Source of the DNA: Octopus sinensis
Taxonomy: Eukaryota
Length of the DNA stretch: 64,000 nucleotides
Assembly (NCBI RefSeq): GCF_006345805.1
Contig: NC_043002.1
Span: 11,284,001-11,348,000 of the forward strand
Direction: 5' to 3'
Both the position numbers and the translations under genes were made by a program. Each line of letters opens with the position of its first letter. Position 1 is the first letter of the stretch. Under the pieces are notes generated by a model. It was not told the origin of the DNA. It ran no database searches and worked only from the letters and a program-made list of their open reading frames with translations. Shown here piece by piece: positions 38,101 to 53,115 of the stretch.

Positions 38101-41100
38101 GAGGTCGACTTGGCCTTTCATCCTTTCAGGGTTGATCAAACAAGTACCAGTTACGCACTTAATCCGTTTGTCTGTCCTTGTTTGTCCTCACTGAGTTTAG
38201 CCCCATGTGGGTAGTAAAAAAATAGGTATTTCGTCTGCCGCTACGTTCTGAGTTTAAATTCCGCAGAGGTCGACTTGGCCTTTCATCCTTTCAGGGTTGA
38301 TCAAACAAGTACCAGTTACGCAATTAATCCGTTTGTCTGTCCTTGTTTGTCCCCTCTGAGTTTAGCTCCATGTGGGTAGTAAAAAAATAGGTATTTCGTC
38401 TGCCGCTACGTTCTGAGTTTAAATTCCGCAGAGGTCGACTTGGCCTTTCATCCTTTCAGGGTGATCAAACAAGTACCAGTTACGCACTTAATCCGTTTGT
38501 CTGTCCTTGTTTGTCCTCTCCGAGTTTAGCTCCATGTGGGTAGTAAAAAAATAGGTATTTCGTCTGCCGCTACGTTCTGAGTTTAAATTCCGCAGAGGTC
38601 GACTTGGTCTTTCATCCTTTCGGGGTACATTAAACAAGTACCAGTTACGCACTTAATCCGTTTGTCTGTCCTTGTTTGTCCTCTCCGAGTTTAGCTCCAT
38701 GTGGGTAGTAAAAAAATAGGTATTTCGTCTGCCGCTACGTTCTGAGTTTAAATTCCGCAGAGGTCGACTTGGTCTTTCATCCTTTCGGGGTAGATTAAAC
38801 AAGTACCATTTACGCACTTAATCCGTTAGTCTGCCCTTGTTTGTCCTCACTGAGTTTAGCTCCATGTGGGTAGTAAAAAAATAGGTATTTCGTCTGCCGC
38901 TACGTTCTGAGTTTAAATTCCGCAGAGGTCGACTTGGTCTTTCATCCTTTCGGGGTAGATTAAACAAGTACCAGTTACGCACTTAATCCGTTTGTCTGCC
39001 CTTGTTTGTCCTCACTGAGTTTAGCCCCATGTGGGTAGTAAAAAAATAGGTATTTCGTCTGCCGCTACGTTCTGAGTTTAAATTCCGCAGAGGTCGACTT
39101 GGTCTTTCATCCTTTGGGGTAGATTAAACAAGTACCAGTTACGCACTTAATCGTTTGTCTGTCCTTGTTTGTCCCCTCTGTGTTTAGCTCCATGTGGGTA
39201 GTAAAAAAATAGGTATTTCGTCTGCCGCTACGTTCTGAGTTTAAATTCCGCAGAGGTGGACTTGGCCTTTCATCCTTTCGGGGTAGATTAAACCAGTACC
39301 AGTTACGCACTTAATCCGTTTGTCTGTCCTTGTTTGTCCCCTCTGTGTTTAGCTCCATGTGGGTAGTAAAAAAATAGGTATTTCGTCTGCCGCTACGTTC
39401 TGAGTTTAAATTCCGCAGAGGTCGACTTGGTCTTTCATCCTTTCGGGGTACATTAAACAAGTACCAGTTACGCACTTAATCCGTTTGTCTGTCCTTGTTT
39501 GTCCTCCCTGAGTTTAGCTCTATGTGGGTAGTAAAAAAATAGGTATTTCGTCTGCCGCTACATTCTGAGTTTAAATTCCGCAGAGGTCGACTTGGCCTTT
39601 CATCCTTTCAGGGTTGATCAAACAAGTACCAGTTACGCACTTAATCCGTTTGTCTGTCCTTGTTTGTCCCCTCTGAGTTTAGCTCCATGTGGGTAGTAAA
39701 AAAATAGGTATTTCGTCTGCCGCTACGTTCTGAGTTTAAATTCCGCAGAGGTCGACTTGGCCTTTCATCCTTTCAGGGTTGATCAAACAAGTACCAGTTA
39801 CGCACTTAATCCGTTTGTCTGTCCTTGTTTGTCCCCTCTGAGTTTAGCTCCATGTGGGTAGTAAAAAAATAGGTATTTCGTCTGCCGCTACGTTCTGAGT
39901 TTAAATTCCGCAGAGGTCGACTTGGCCTTTCATCCTTTCAGGGTTGATCAAACAAGTACCAGTTACGCACTTAATCCGTTTGTCTGTCCTTGTTTGTCCT
40001 CTCCGAGTTTAGCTCCATGTGGGTAGTAAAAAAATAGGTATTTCGTCTGCCGCTACGTTCTGAGTTTAAATTCCGCAGAGGTCGACTTGGTCTTTCATCC
40101 TTTCGGGGTACATTAAACAAGTACCAGTTACGCACTTAATCCGTTTGTCTGTCCTGTTTTGTCCTCTCTGAGTTTAGCTCCACGTGGGTAGTAAAAAAAT
40201 AGGTATTCGTCTGCCGCTACGTTCTGAGTTTAAATTCCGCAGAGGTCGACTTGGTCTTTCATCCTTTCGGGGTACATTAAACAAGTACCAGTTACGCACT
40301 TAATCCGTTTGTCTGTCCTTGTTTGTCCCCTCTGAGTTTAGCTCCATGTGGGTAGTAAAAAAATAGGTATTTCGTCTGCCGCTACGTTCTGAGTTTAAAT
40401 TCCGCAGAGGTCGACTTGGTCTTTCATCCTTTCGGGGTTGATCAAACAAGTACCAGTTACGCACTTAATCCGTTTGTCTGTCCTTGTTTGTCCCCTCTGT
40501 GTTTAGCTCCATGTGGGTAGTAAAAAAATAGGTATTTCGTCTGCCGCTACGTTCTGAGTTTAAATTCGGCAGAGGTCGACTTGGCCTTTCATCCTTTCGG
40601 GGTACATTAAACAAGTACCAGTTAGGCACTTAATCCGTTTGTCTGTTCTTGTTTGTCCCCTCTGTGTTTAGCTCCATGTGGGTAGTAAAAAAATAGGTAT
40701 TTCGTCTGCCGCTACGTTCTGAGTTTAAATTCCGCAGAGGTCGACTTGGCCTTTCATCCTTTCAGGGTAGATTAAACAAGTACCAGTTACGCACTTAATC
40801 CGTTGTCTGTCCTTGTTTGTCCTCTCTGAGTTTAGCTCCATGTGGGTAGTAGTAAAAAAATAGGTATTTCGTCTGCCGCTACGTTCTGAGTTTAAATTCG
40901 CAGAGGTCGACTTGGTCTTCATCCTTCGGGGGGGTAGATTAAACAAGTACCAGTTACGCACTTATCCGTTAGTCTGCCCTTGTTTGTCCTCACTGAGTTT
41001 AGCTCCAGTGGGTGGTAGTAGTAAAAAAATAGGTATTTCGTCTGCCGCTACGTTCTGAGTTTAAAATCCGCAGAGGTCGACTTGGTCTTTCATCTTTCGG

Positions 41101-44100
41101 GGTAGATTAACAAGTACCAGTTACGCACTTAATCCGTTTGTCTGCCCTTGTTTGTCCTCACTGAGTTTAGCCCCATGTGGGTAGTAAAAAAATAGGTATT
41201 TCGTCTGCCGCTACGTTCTGAGTTTAAATTCCGCAGAGGTCGACTTGGTCTTTCATCCTTTCGGGGTAGATTAAACAAGTACCAGTTACGCACTTAATCC
41301 GTTTGTCTGTCCTTGTTTGTCCCCTCTGTATTTAGCTCCATGTGGGTAGTAAAAAAATAGGTATTTCGTCTGCCGCTACGTTCTGAGTTTAAATTCCGCA
41401 GAGGTGGACTTGGCCTTTCATCCTTTCGGGGTAGATTAAACAAGTACCAGTTACGCACTTAATCCGTTTGTCTGCCCTTGTTTGTCCTCACTGAGTTTAG
41501 CCCCATGTGGGTAGTAAAAAAATAGGTATTTCGTCTGCCGCTACGTTCTGAGTTTAAATTCCGCAGAGGTCGACTTGGTCTTTCATCCTTTCGGGGTAGA
41601 TTAAACAAGTACCAGTTACGCACTTAATCCGTTTGTCTGTCCTTGTTTGTCCCCTCTGTGTTTAGCTCCATGTGGGTAGTAAAAAAATAGGTATTTCGTC
41701 TGCCGCTACGTTCTGAGTTTAAATTCCGCAGAGGTGGACTTGGCCTTTCATCCTTTCGGGGTAGATTAAACCAGTACCAGTTACGCACTTAATCCGTTTG
41801 TCTGTCCTTGTTTGTCCCCTCTGTGTTTAGCTCCATGTGGGTAGTAAAAAAATAGGTATTCGTCGTCTGCCGCTACGTTCTGAGTTTAAATTCCGCAGAG
41901 GTCGACTTGGTCTTTCATCCTTTCGGGGTACATTAAACAAGTACCAGTTACGCACTTAATCCGTTTGTCTGTCCTGTTTGTCCTCCCTGAGTTTAGCTCT
42001 ATGTGGGTATTAAAAATAGGTATTTCGTCTGCCGCTACATTCTGAGTTTAAATTCCGCAGAGGTCGACTTGGCCTTTCATCCTTTCAGGGTTGATCAAAC
42101 AAGTACCAGTTACGCACTTAATCCGTTTGTCTGTCCTTGTTTGTCCCCTCTGAGTTTAGCTCCATGTGGGTAGTAAAAAAATAGGTATTTCGTCTGCCGC
42201 TACGTCTGAGTTTAAATTCCGCAGAGGTCGACTTGGCCTTTCATCCTTTCAGGGTTGATCAAACAAGTACCAGTTACGCACTTAATCCGTTTGTCTGTCC
42301 TTGTTTGTCCCCTCTGAGTTTAGCTCCATGTGGGTAGTAAAAAAATAGGTATTTCGTCTGCCGCTACGTTCTGAGTTTAAATTCCGCAGAGGTCGACTTG
42401 GCCTTTCATCCTTTCAGGGTTGATCAAACAAGTACCAGTTACGCACTTAATCCGTTTGTCTGTCCTTGTTTGTCCTCTCCGAGTTTAGCTCCATGTGGGT
42501 AGTAAAAAAATAGGTATTTCGTCTGCCGCTACGTTCTGAGTTTAAATTCCGCAGAGGTCGACTTGGTCTTTCATCCTTTCGGGGTACATTAAACAAGTAC
42601 CAGTTACGCACTTAATCCGTTTGTCTGTCCTTGTTTGTCCTCTCTGAGTTTAGCTCCACGTGGGTAGTAAAAAAATAGGTATTTCGTCTGCCGCTACGTT
42701 CTGAGTTTAAATTCCGCAGAGGTCGACTTGGTCTTTCATCCTTTCGGGGTACATTAAACAAGTACCAGTTACGCACTTAATCCGTTTGTCTGTCCTTGTT
42801 TGTCCCCTCTGAGTTTAGCTCCATGTGGGTAGTAAAAAAATAGGTATTTCGTCTGCCGCTACGTTCTGAGTTTAAATTCCGCAGAGGTCGACTTGGTCTT
42901 TCATCCTTTCGGGGTAGATTAAACAAGTACCAGTTACGCACTTAATCCGTTTGTCTGTCCTTGTTTGTCCCCTCTGTGTTTAGCTCCATGTGGGTAGTAA
43001 AAAAATAGGTATTTCGTCTGCCGCTACGTTCTGAGTTTAAATTCGGCAGAGGTCGACTTGGCCTTTCATCCTTTCGGGGTACATTAAACAAGTACCAGTT
43101 AGGCACTTAATCCGTTTGTCTGTTCTTGTTTGTCCCCTCTGTGTTTAGCTCCATGTGGGTAGTAAAAAAATAGGTATTTCGTCTGCCGCTACGTTCTGAG
43201 TTTAAATTCCGCAGAGGTCGACTTGGCCTTTCATCCTTTCAGGGTAGATTAAACAAGTACCAGTTACGCACTTAATCCGTTTGTCTGTCCTTGTTTGTCC
43301 TCTCTGAGTTTAGCTCCATGTGGGTAGTAAAAAAATAGGTATTTCGTCTGCCGCTACGTTCTGAGTTTAAATTCGCAGAGGTCGACTTGGTCTTTCATCC
43401 TTTCGGGGTAGATTAAACAAGTACCAGTTACGCACTTAATCCGTTAGTCTGCCCTTGTTTGTCCTCACTGAGTTTAGCTCCATGTGGGTAGTAAAAAAAT
43501 AGGTATTTCGTCTGCCGCTACGTTCTGAGTTTAAATTCCGCAGAGGTCGACTTGGTCTTTCATCCTTTCGGGGTAGATTAAACAAGTACCAGTTACGCAC
43601 TTAATCCGTTTGTCTGCCCTTGTTTGTCCTCACTGAGTTTAGCCCCATGTGGGTAGTAAAAAAATAGGTATTTCGTCTGCCGCTACGTTCTGAGTTTAAA
43701 TTCCGCAGAGGTCGACTTGGTCTTTCATCCTTTCGGGGTAGATTAAACAAGTACCAGTTACGCACTTAATCCGTTTGTCTGTCCTTGTTTGTCCCCTCTG
43801 TATTTAGCTCCATGTGGGTAGTAAAAAAATAGGTATTTCGTCTGCCGCTACGTTCTGAGTTTAAATTCCGCAGAGGTGGACTTGGCCTTTCATCCTTTCG
43901 GGGTAGATTAAACCAGTACCAGTTACGCACTTAATCCGTTTGTCTGTCCTTGTTTGTCCCGTCTGTGTTTAGCTCCATGTGGGTAGTAAAAAAATAGGTA
44001 TTTCGTCTGCCGCTACGTTCTGAGTTTAAATTCCGCAGAGGTGGACTTGGCCTTTCATCCTTTCGGGGTAGATTAAACCAGTACCAGTTACGCACTTAAT

Positions 44101-44330
44101 CCGTTTGTCTGTCCTTGTTTGTCCCCTCTGTGTTTAGCTCCATGTGGGTAGTAAAAAAATAGGTATTTCGTCTGCCGCTACGTTCTGAGTTTAAATTCCG
44201 CAGAGGTGGACTTGGCCTTTCATCCTTTCGGGGTAGATGAAACCAGTACCAGTTACGCACTTAATCCGTTTGTCTGTCCTTGTTTGTACCCTCTGTGTGT
44301 AGCCCCTTGTGGGCAGTAAAGAAATAGGAA
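35157..44330 (+). repeat. ~9.2 kb tandem array of ~55 units of 165 bp derived from the SINE family A module
   Basis: Period read directly: gttacgcac recurs at 35351, 35516 and 35681. The unit equals the family A module minus a 19-nt segment. The first and last units revert toward the canonical SINE. Confidence 0.97.
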
Positions 44331-45029
44331 ACTTACAGAATAACCGCCCCACAAAATCCCCTTATTTAACTATACTGAGGTCGTTATTTGTTAGATAGGG
44401 CTACGACAGGGTATGTTCAAAAGGGAATTTACGTAACAAGAATATGTCTGAAGGGAATTTACGTAACTCGACAAAAAAGAGAAATGAAAAGGTGATGGAA
44501 TCGTGAAGTTGCTTTCACCATGGCTGTGTCCAGCTCGCCCTCATAGGCTAAATGGGCACCTGGGCTACACATATAATCCGTAGCAATCGAGAACGACTAG
44601 GTGTGTGCGCGCGTGCGTTTATGTGCGCGTGCAGTCTGTGAGCGCGTGCGGTCTGTGCGCGCGTGCGTTTCTGTGTGCGCGCGTGCGGTGTGTGTGTATG
44701 TGTGTGTTCTGTGTGTTTCTATTTATCCCTCCACCGTTTGACAGCCGCTGTTGGTTTTATTACGTTCCCCCGTAACTTCGTGGTTCGGCAAAGGAGAAAC
44801 GAGAAAATAAATACCAGACTGAAAATCACGTACTGGCAGTTAGTTTGTGTGACTAACCCTAGAAGTCTGTGCCACAGCATGGCCACAGTTTGTTGATTGA
44901 AAATAACTAAGAGTAAAAAAAAAAATGTCTGCTTAGATTAGTCGCAGGCTGAGCAAGTAAGGGAAGCAACTCTGATGCGGGAAATAGAATGATCACACTT
45001 CGCTCATTTATGATTTGAATTATTTTAGA

Positions 45030-46462
45030 ATAATCGTTAGCACGCCGGGCGAAATGCTTTACGGTATTTCGTCTGTCTTTGCCTTTCATCCTTTCGGGGT
45101 CGATAAATTAAGTACCAGTTACGCACTGGGGTTGATGTAATCGACTTAATCCGTTTGTCTGTCCTTGTTTGTCACCTCTGTGTTTAGCCCCTTGTGGGTA
45201 GTAAAGAAATAGGTATTTCGTCTGTCTTTATGTTCTGAGTTCAAATTCCGCCGAGGTCGACTTTGCCTTTCATCCTTTCGGGGTCGATTAAATAAGTACC
45301 AGTTACGCACTAGGGTCGATGTAATCGACTTAATCCCTTTGTCTGTCCTTGTTCTTCCTCTATGTGTTTAGCCCCTTGTGGGTAATAAAGAAATAGGCAT
45401 TTCGTCTGCCGTTACGTTCTGAGTTCAAATTCCGCCGAGGTCGACTTTGCCTTTCATCCTTTCGGGGTCGATAAATTAAGTACCAGCTGCGTACTGGAGT
45501 CGATCTAATCGCTTGTCTCCCGTCCCCCCAAACATCGGGCCTTGTGCCTAGAATAGAAAAGAATATGTACAAAGAATTTTAAAGGCGGCGAGCTGGCAGA
45601 ATCGTTAGAATGCCGGGCGAAATGCTTAGCGATATTTCGTCTGTCTTTATGTTCTGAGCTCAAATTCCGCCGAGCTCGACTTTACCTTTCATCCTTTCGG
45701 GGTCGTACTGGGGTCGATGTAATCGAATGGTCCCCTCCCACAAAAATTTCTGGCCTTGGGCCTAGAGTAGAAAAGAATTATTTTAGTTTATGACTGGACA
45801 AATTTCTGATCGGACATATTTAAACTTTTCTCTCATACAGTGGCAGTGGTGTGCGTATAAGGTGCACGTCGATATTCTACGGCGAGCTGGCAGAAACGTT
45901 AGCACACCGGGCGAAATGCTCAGCGGTATTTCGTCTGAGGCTACGTTCTGAGTTCAAATTCCGCCGAGGTCGACTTTGGCTTTCATCCTTTCGGGGTCGA
46001 TAAATTAACTACCAGTTACGCACTGGGGTCGATATAATCGACTTAATCCATTTGTCTGTCCTCGTTTGTCCTCTCTGTGTTTAGCCCCTTGTGGGTAGTA
46101 AAGAAATAGGTATTCTACGATTGCCGGTGCTGATGCTACTATTGTTGCTGTTGTTTGTGGTATCGTCATCTGCTTCGTCATCTTCGCCATTGTCATCATC
46201 GTCGTTGTTTTGTTGTTCTTGTCCCGTTGTGGTTGCTACTGTTACTTCGGATACAGTGGAGCAAAAATTATGCGGCATGTCCTTCCATTCTTTAAGTGGA
46301 GGCGCAATGGCCTAGTGGTTAGAGTAGCGGACACGCGGTCATAGGATCGCGGTTTCGATTTCTAGACCGGGCGTTGTGAGTGTTTATTGAGCGAAAATAC
46401 CTCCGGAAACGCTCCGGAAACGGGGTGGTGGTGAACTCTGCTGTACTCTATCACCACAACTC

Positions 46463-46512
<50 letters not shown>

Positions 46513-46985
46513 ATGTATGTGTGTGTGTGTCTGTGTTGTCCCCCCAACATCGCTTGACAACCGATGCTGGCGTGTTTACGTCCCCATAACTTAGCAGTTA
46601 GAATAAGTACTAGGCTTACAAAGAAGAAGTCCTGGGGTTGATTTGTTGATTTGTTCAAATGACTGCAACAAGTAAAAGAGTATGTATCTATGTATGCATG
46701 TGTGTGTGTGTTGTGTTGTTTGGCCCTCCTACATTGCTTAATTATCTGTATCTATTTCTTTATTGCCCACAGGGGGCTAAACATAGAGGGGACAAACAAG
46801 GACAGACAAACGGATTAAGTCGATTATATCGACCCCAGTGCGTAACTGGTACTTATTTAATCGACCCCGAAAGGATGAAAGGCAAAGTCGATCTCGGCGG
46901 AATTTGAACTCAGAACGTAACGGCAGACGAAATACCGCTACGCATTTCGCCCGGCGTGCTAACGCTTCTGCCAGCTCGCCGCCTT
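45030..46985. mobile_element. SINE family A cluster right of the array (+ 45030-45545 multimer, + 45582-45775, + 45880-46110, - 46755-46985)
   Basis: Canonical modules with a 184-bp period (aggtatttcg at 45211, aggcatttcg at 45395). Confidence 0.82.
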
Positions 46986-48039
46986 AACTTTCTCTCAATC
47001 TTTCTTCGTGTTTCTGTTATACCTGCATTTCAAAGAGCCAGCCTTGTCACACTTTGTGTCACGCTGAATCTCACGGAGAACCACGTTAAGGGTACACATG
47101 TCTGTGGAGTGCTCAGCCACTTGCACGTTAATTTCACGAGCCGGCCGTTCCGTTGATTGGCTCAACTGGAACCCTCGTCTTCGTAACCCACGGAGTGCCG
47201 TAGTAGAGTAAGATTTGAGAGAGATTTAGCTGCCGCTGTGACTGCTGATGTTGTTCTTATTCTTCCAGTCAGGACTCACGCCATTAGCCACAAAGAATAA
47301 TCTCTATTTCGAGCCTACTCTAAGCTATTAAGAATTCGTGTGACAACTTGAAGATCCACCCACCACACGCGATAGAATGGCGGTTGCACAGGCGCGAAAG
47401 CTACATTGATATCCTCATTCTGTAAACGGTGGCTTTTAACGGGTAGAGAGCTGAACTATCCTGGGGTACAGAGGATTTGCAATCTAGACTAGGGTCTGAA
47501 AGTTTACCACACTATAGTGGGTTACACCATGGTTTCTCTGCTTTGTGGTAGAAGTAAGAAGAAAGAGTGAGAGAAAGTTGTGGTGAAAGAGTACAGCGGG
47601 GTTCACCACCCCTCTCTGCCTGAGCCTCGTAGAGCTTAGGTGTTTTTGCTCAATAAACACTCACAATGCCCGGTCTGGGAATCGAAACATCGTTCTTACG
47701 ACTGTGAGTCCGCTGCCCTGACCACTTGGCCATTGCGCCTCCACACTGCTGTTGTTGTCGATGTTATCGACATCGCCGCCGCCGCCGTCGTCATCGCCGT
47801 TGTCGTTCTTGTTCTTATCCTGTCGTTGTTTTAACCGCTGTTATGGTTGCTGTTGTAGTTTCCTCTACAGAGTACAAACCTTTAATATAAATCAGAGCAC
47901 TTGAGTACTCCCTGATATAAAGAAAGAATGGATGGCCATGGTTGGATGTTTTTGAGCATAGTACGGCTACATCAGTCTCATGAGGACTAGCACAACAACA
48001 CCAACAACAACATCCAAACCTGCATTACATCGAATCAGA

Positions 48040-48272
48040 AATCCGCTTGACCCTCGTTCCGCCTGAGTCGCGATCAGCTTGACTAGTGATCCACTTGACC
48101 AGCAATCCGCTTGACCAGCGATCCGTTTGACCCGCTATCCTTGACCAGTGATCAGTCTGACTAGCTATCGCTTGAGCCGCGATCCGCTTGAGCCGCGATC
48201 CGCTTGAGCCGCGCTCCGCTTGAGCCGCGATCCGCTTGACCAGCGATCAGCTTGGCTAGTGAACCGCTTGAA
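48040..48272 (+). repeat. CpG-rich minisatellite, ~14 x 16 bp (GATCCGCTTGAGCCGC)
   Basis: Directly visible tandem units, homogeneous in the middle and diverged at the edges. Confidence 0.9.
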
Positions 48273-48598
48273 AAGCTACAAATAACAGCTATTAGATTAG
48301 TGTCCACTATAGTGGATTCCGTGAAAAACCTCTGGACTTCTTCTAGAGAAGACACTTTTAATTAATTAAAAAAAATATTGTCGTACACTGGGAGGGTCAT
48401 ATAGCCATTATACACATACATAGACGCTGGAGTGGCTGTGTGGTAAATAGATTGCTTACCAACCACATGGTTCCGGTTTCAGTCCCACTGCTTCGTGGCA
48501 CCTTGGGCAAGTGTCTTCTGCTATATCCTCGAGCCGACCAAAGCCTTGTAAGTGGATTTGGTAGACGGAAACTAAAAGAAGCCCGTCATATATATCTA

Positions 48599-48679
<81 letters not shown>

Positions 48680-48700
48680 GTCTGTCTGTCTGTCTGTCTA

Positions 48701-48733
<33 letters not shown>

Positions 48734-49017
48734 GTATCTATCTATTGCAAAAGTCAGACATATGTAAAAAAAGCGCAGTTGTACAGATCCTCCTCAACGT
48801 GATGGTCATTACTGTCAAAGTTTCGTATTGGGAAAACGTAACGGAGCTGCTGCTGATTGTATTTATCCTGAGCCGTCCATTATACCCGGGTATCCGTCTC
48901 GTTTTAACTCAAGGTTAAACAAATGAACGTCTACTGTCACGTCAAACAAGTTTGGTAACTTTGATAGACTGTCTGGTTCAACGACAACCTGTATGTATAT
49001 ATATATATATATATATA

Positions 49018-49096
<79 letters not shown>

Positions 49097-49480
49097 ACAC
49101 ACACACATATGTATGTATGCATGTATGTATGTATGTATGTATCTATCTATCTATCTATCTATCTATATACATGCATACATCTGTACTATACACTACCAGA
49201 CACACACATATATACACACACAATACACATGCATACGTACGTACTTACCTACGTACGTACGTACCTACCTACATACCTACCAATAATCGTACATACATAA
49301 ATGAATCCTTATGAATTGCATCCACCCCTGCGGCACTGTGCCACACTGATTCTACTTGAGAATGTCACCAAGTGTACAGCTGTCTGTGAAATGCACTTCC
49401 AAATTAATTCAATCGGCTTGTGCAGCTGATGAAGTAACGGGTGCCAATACACCATATCTAGCGAGGAATCACATAGTATC

Positions 49481-49851
49481 TAGCAAGGATGGCACGTATG
49501 AATGACGAGGCCACCTTGAGCATAATCCTATGAACCCGGAAAAATTTAAAACCTACTTGCAAACAAATGTGGTAACATGTAACATTATTGACCGAGGTTA
49601 CCGTGGTCTTTTCCGTAGGCTTTTCTTTCCACGAATAAGCCTTATCTGTTTCCCCCCTTTACACTTTACATCATGACATTACTGTGATACACGATCCCTA
49701 TTGATCGTTTTTTTTTCTTTCTTTCCCTTTTACCATCCCATTTGATCGAAAACCTACTCCACTTTTTTTTTCTTCTTTTCCCCCTATAAAGAGAAGCTCT
49801 ACATTGTAATCTGTCCCGCCTGTGAGCAGCCCTGTGTGGCTAATAAAGAAA
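49481..49851 (+). mobile_element. Tx1/L1-type LINE 3' end (last codons, 3'UTR, AATAAA) followed by (TCTA)n
   Basis: Homologous to 51985-52380. Encodes ARMARMNDEATLSIIL*. Confidence 0.7.
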
Positions 49852-49853
49852 CA

Positions 49854-50124
<271 letters not shown>

Positions 50125-50635
50125 TTGTATATGTGTGTGTGTACGCGTGCGCGCATCTTTAAGCTTGTGTTGTGTCCATCACCGATTGACAACCGCTGTT
50201 GTTTTATTTACGTCTTTGTAATTTAGAGCTTCGGCAAACAAGAACGATAGAATTAGTACCAGACTTAAAATGAAAGATAAGTATTGGGGTGGGGCGATTT
50301 TTTCGACTAGACTCTTCAAGCCGTTGTCCAAGAATGGTCGTCGTTTAATGAATGAAAAAAATGTCAAAGATGAAAACAACTGAATTTGATACAACTAAAG
50401 CTTGTCTGAATGTGAACAACAGTGAAACAGGAAGTCTACAAAGCACTCTCACTTCCAGGAGATAAAAACACAATCACCACATCAAGGGACCATTGTAGGG
50501 CAAGATTCATGACAGACGAACTTCGCTGCGGGCTAGCTAGGAAGTTGGTCAGCAGCGAAAGGGACTTCCGGTGGGAGAAGAAGAACAAAAGAATGTCAGC
50601 AGTGAGGGTTAAACGAATTTGAATGAACTAAACAG

Positions 50636-51072
50636 GGATCTTTTCGGTTTGACCGGCAGTTTTTTTTAATAATTTCCATGTAACTAAACACTTTTAAACT
50701 TCGTATACTGGTAGAATTATAAAACATCTTTTTCTCTTGGCTTTATTGATAAAATTCTATAGTTTGTAAGATATTTGTTATTTTTTTTCTTCAATTTCTA
50801 CAATTTCAACCAATCAAGGACGTCTATTGAGGTGAAAACATTCTCTGCCGTAAAATTTTCTGGCGGTGTCACATGAAAATGTCCCTCGTTTAAGAAACAG
50901 ATTGAGTTTATTTACATTTCTGAAGAAAAAAAGATACCCTTCCCCCCACCCCTAACCCTAAAACAGATTGAAATGCAATAGATCGATACTAGGGTAATAA
51001 TTATGGGTGACATTTTCACATGACACCGCCAGAAATTATTTTGAAAATTTGCCGGTCAAAGCGAAAAGATCC
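50636..51072. mobile_element. hAT-superfamily MITE (437 bp)
   Basis: TIR GGATCTTTTCGGTTTGACCGGCA / TGCCGGTCAAAGCGAAAAGATCC. Perfect 8-bp TSD CTAAACAG at 50628-50635 and 51073-51080. An inverted copy with a truncated TIR is at ~31469-31865. Confidence 0.9.
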
Positions 51073-51403
51073 CTAAACAGAAATAACTGGCGACTTAAGC
51101 CCTGAGGTACGTAAAGTAATAAACCTTTGATAAATGTATTCTCGTCTCCACTAGTTTGTTTGCGTGTAGCTTAACAAAGCTATACCATAAATTATGATAC
51201 AACTACCTGCAGAGTTATTTAGACAACTCACCAGTCCTGTCCAAGTGTGGTCTACGAACAGAACACAAAGTTCCAAGCAACGGGATGAGGTCGGGTGGGC
51301 CAAAAGTTAATGTATTAAAGTTTTACTCCAAGACATTTATACCTTTTTCACTTTCTTCCTACAGTTACCATGTACGTAGAGGTACTTGTTTGTGCTCCTA
51401 CGA

Positions 51404-51482
<79 letters not shown>

Positions 51483-51522
51483 ATATCTATCTATCAATCA
51501 ATCAATCACTCAATCAAGCAAT

Positions 51523-52518
<996 letters not shown>

Positions 52519-52826
52519 GGAGGACTCCGTCGGTTACGACGACGTGGGTCTCAGCTGATACTATCAACGGAACAATTTGCTCATGAAATTAATAAGCAAG
52601 TGGCTGAGCACTCCTCAGACACGTGTACCCTTAACGTAGCTCTCAGGGAGATTCAGTGTGACAAGGCCGGCCCTTTGAAATACAGGTACTACTCATTTTT
52701 GTCAGCTGAGTGTACAGGAACAGCGTGAAATAAAGTGTCTTGCTTCAGGACACAACGCATCACCGGGAATTGAACTCACAACATCACGATCGTGAGCCGA
52801 ATGCCCTAAGCCACGCGCCTTCACAA

Positions 52827-52913
<87 letters not shown>

Positions 52914-53059
52914 CATACATACATACATGCATACATATATACATACATATATACATATATACATATACATACATACATACATACATACATATACATAATA
53001 CATATATACACATACATACATACATATATACATACATACATATATACATATACATACAT

Positions 53060-53115
<56 letters not shown>

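Noticed and set aside
40790-41120. Local cluster of 1-3 nt indels in array units (also scattered elsewhere)
   Set aside because: They fall mostly in homopolymers and are concentrated in one stretch, so long-read consensus error is more likely than biology.
35157-44330. Regular repeat array as a possible CRISPR
   Set aside because: The units are contiguous near-identical SINE-derived monomers with no unique spacers, the context is eukaryotic, and there are no cas genes.
46091-46315. Signal-peptide-like / acidic ORFs (also ~47640-47834)
   Set aside because: They arise from cryptic triplet repeats (GTT/GCT/CAT) between SINEs.
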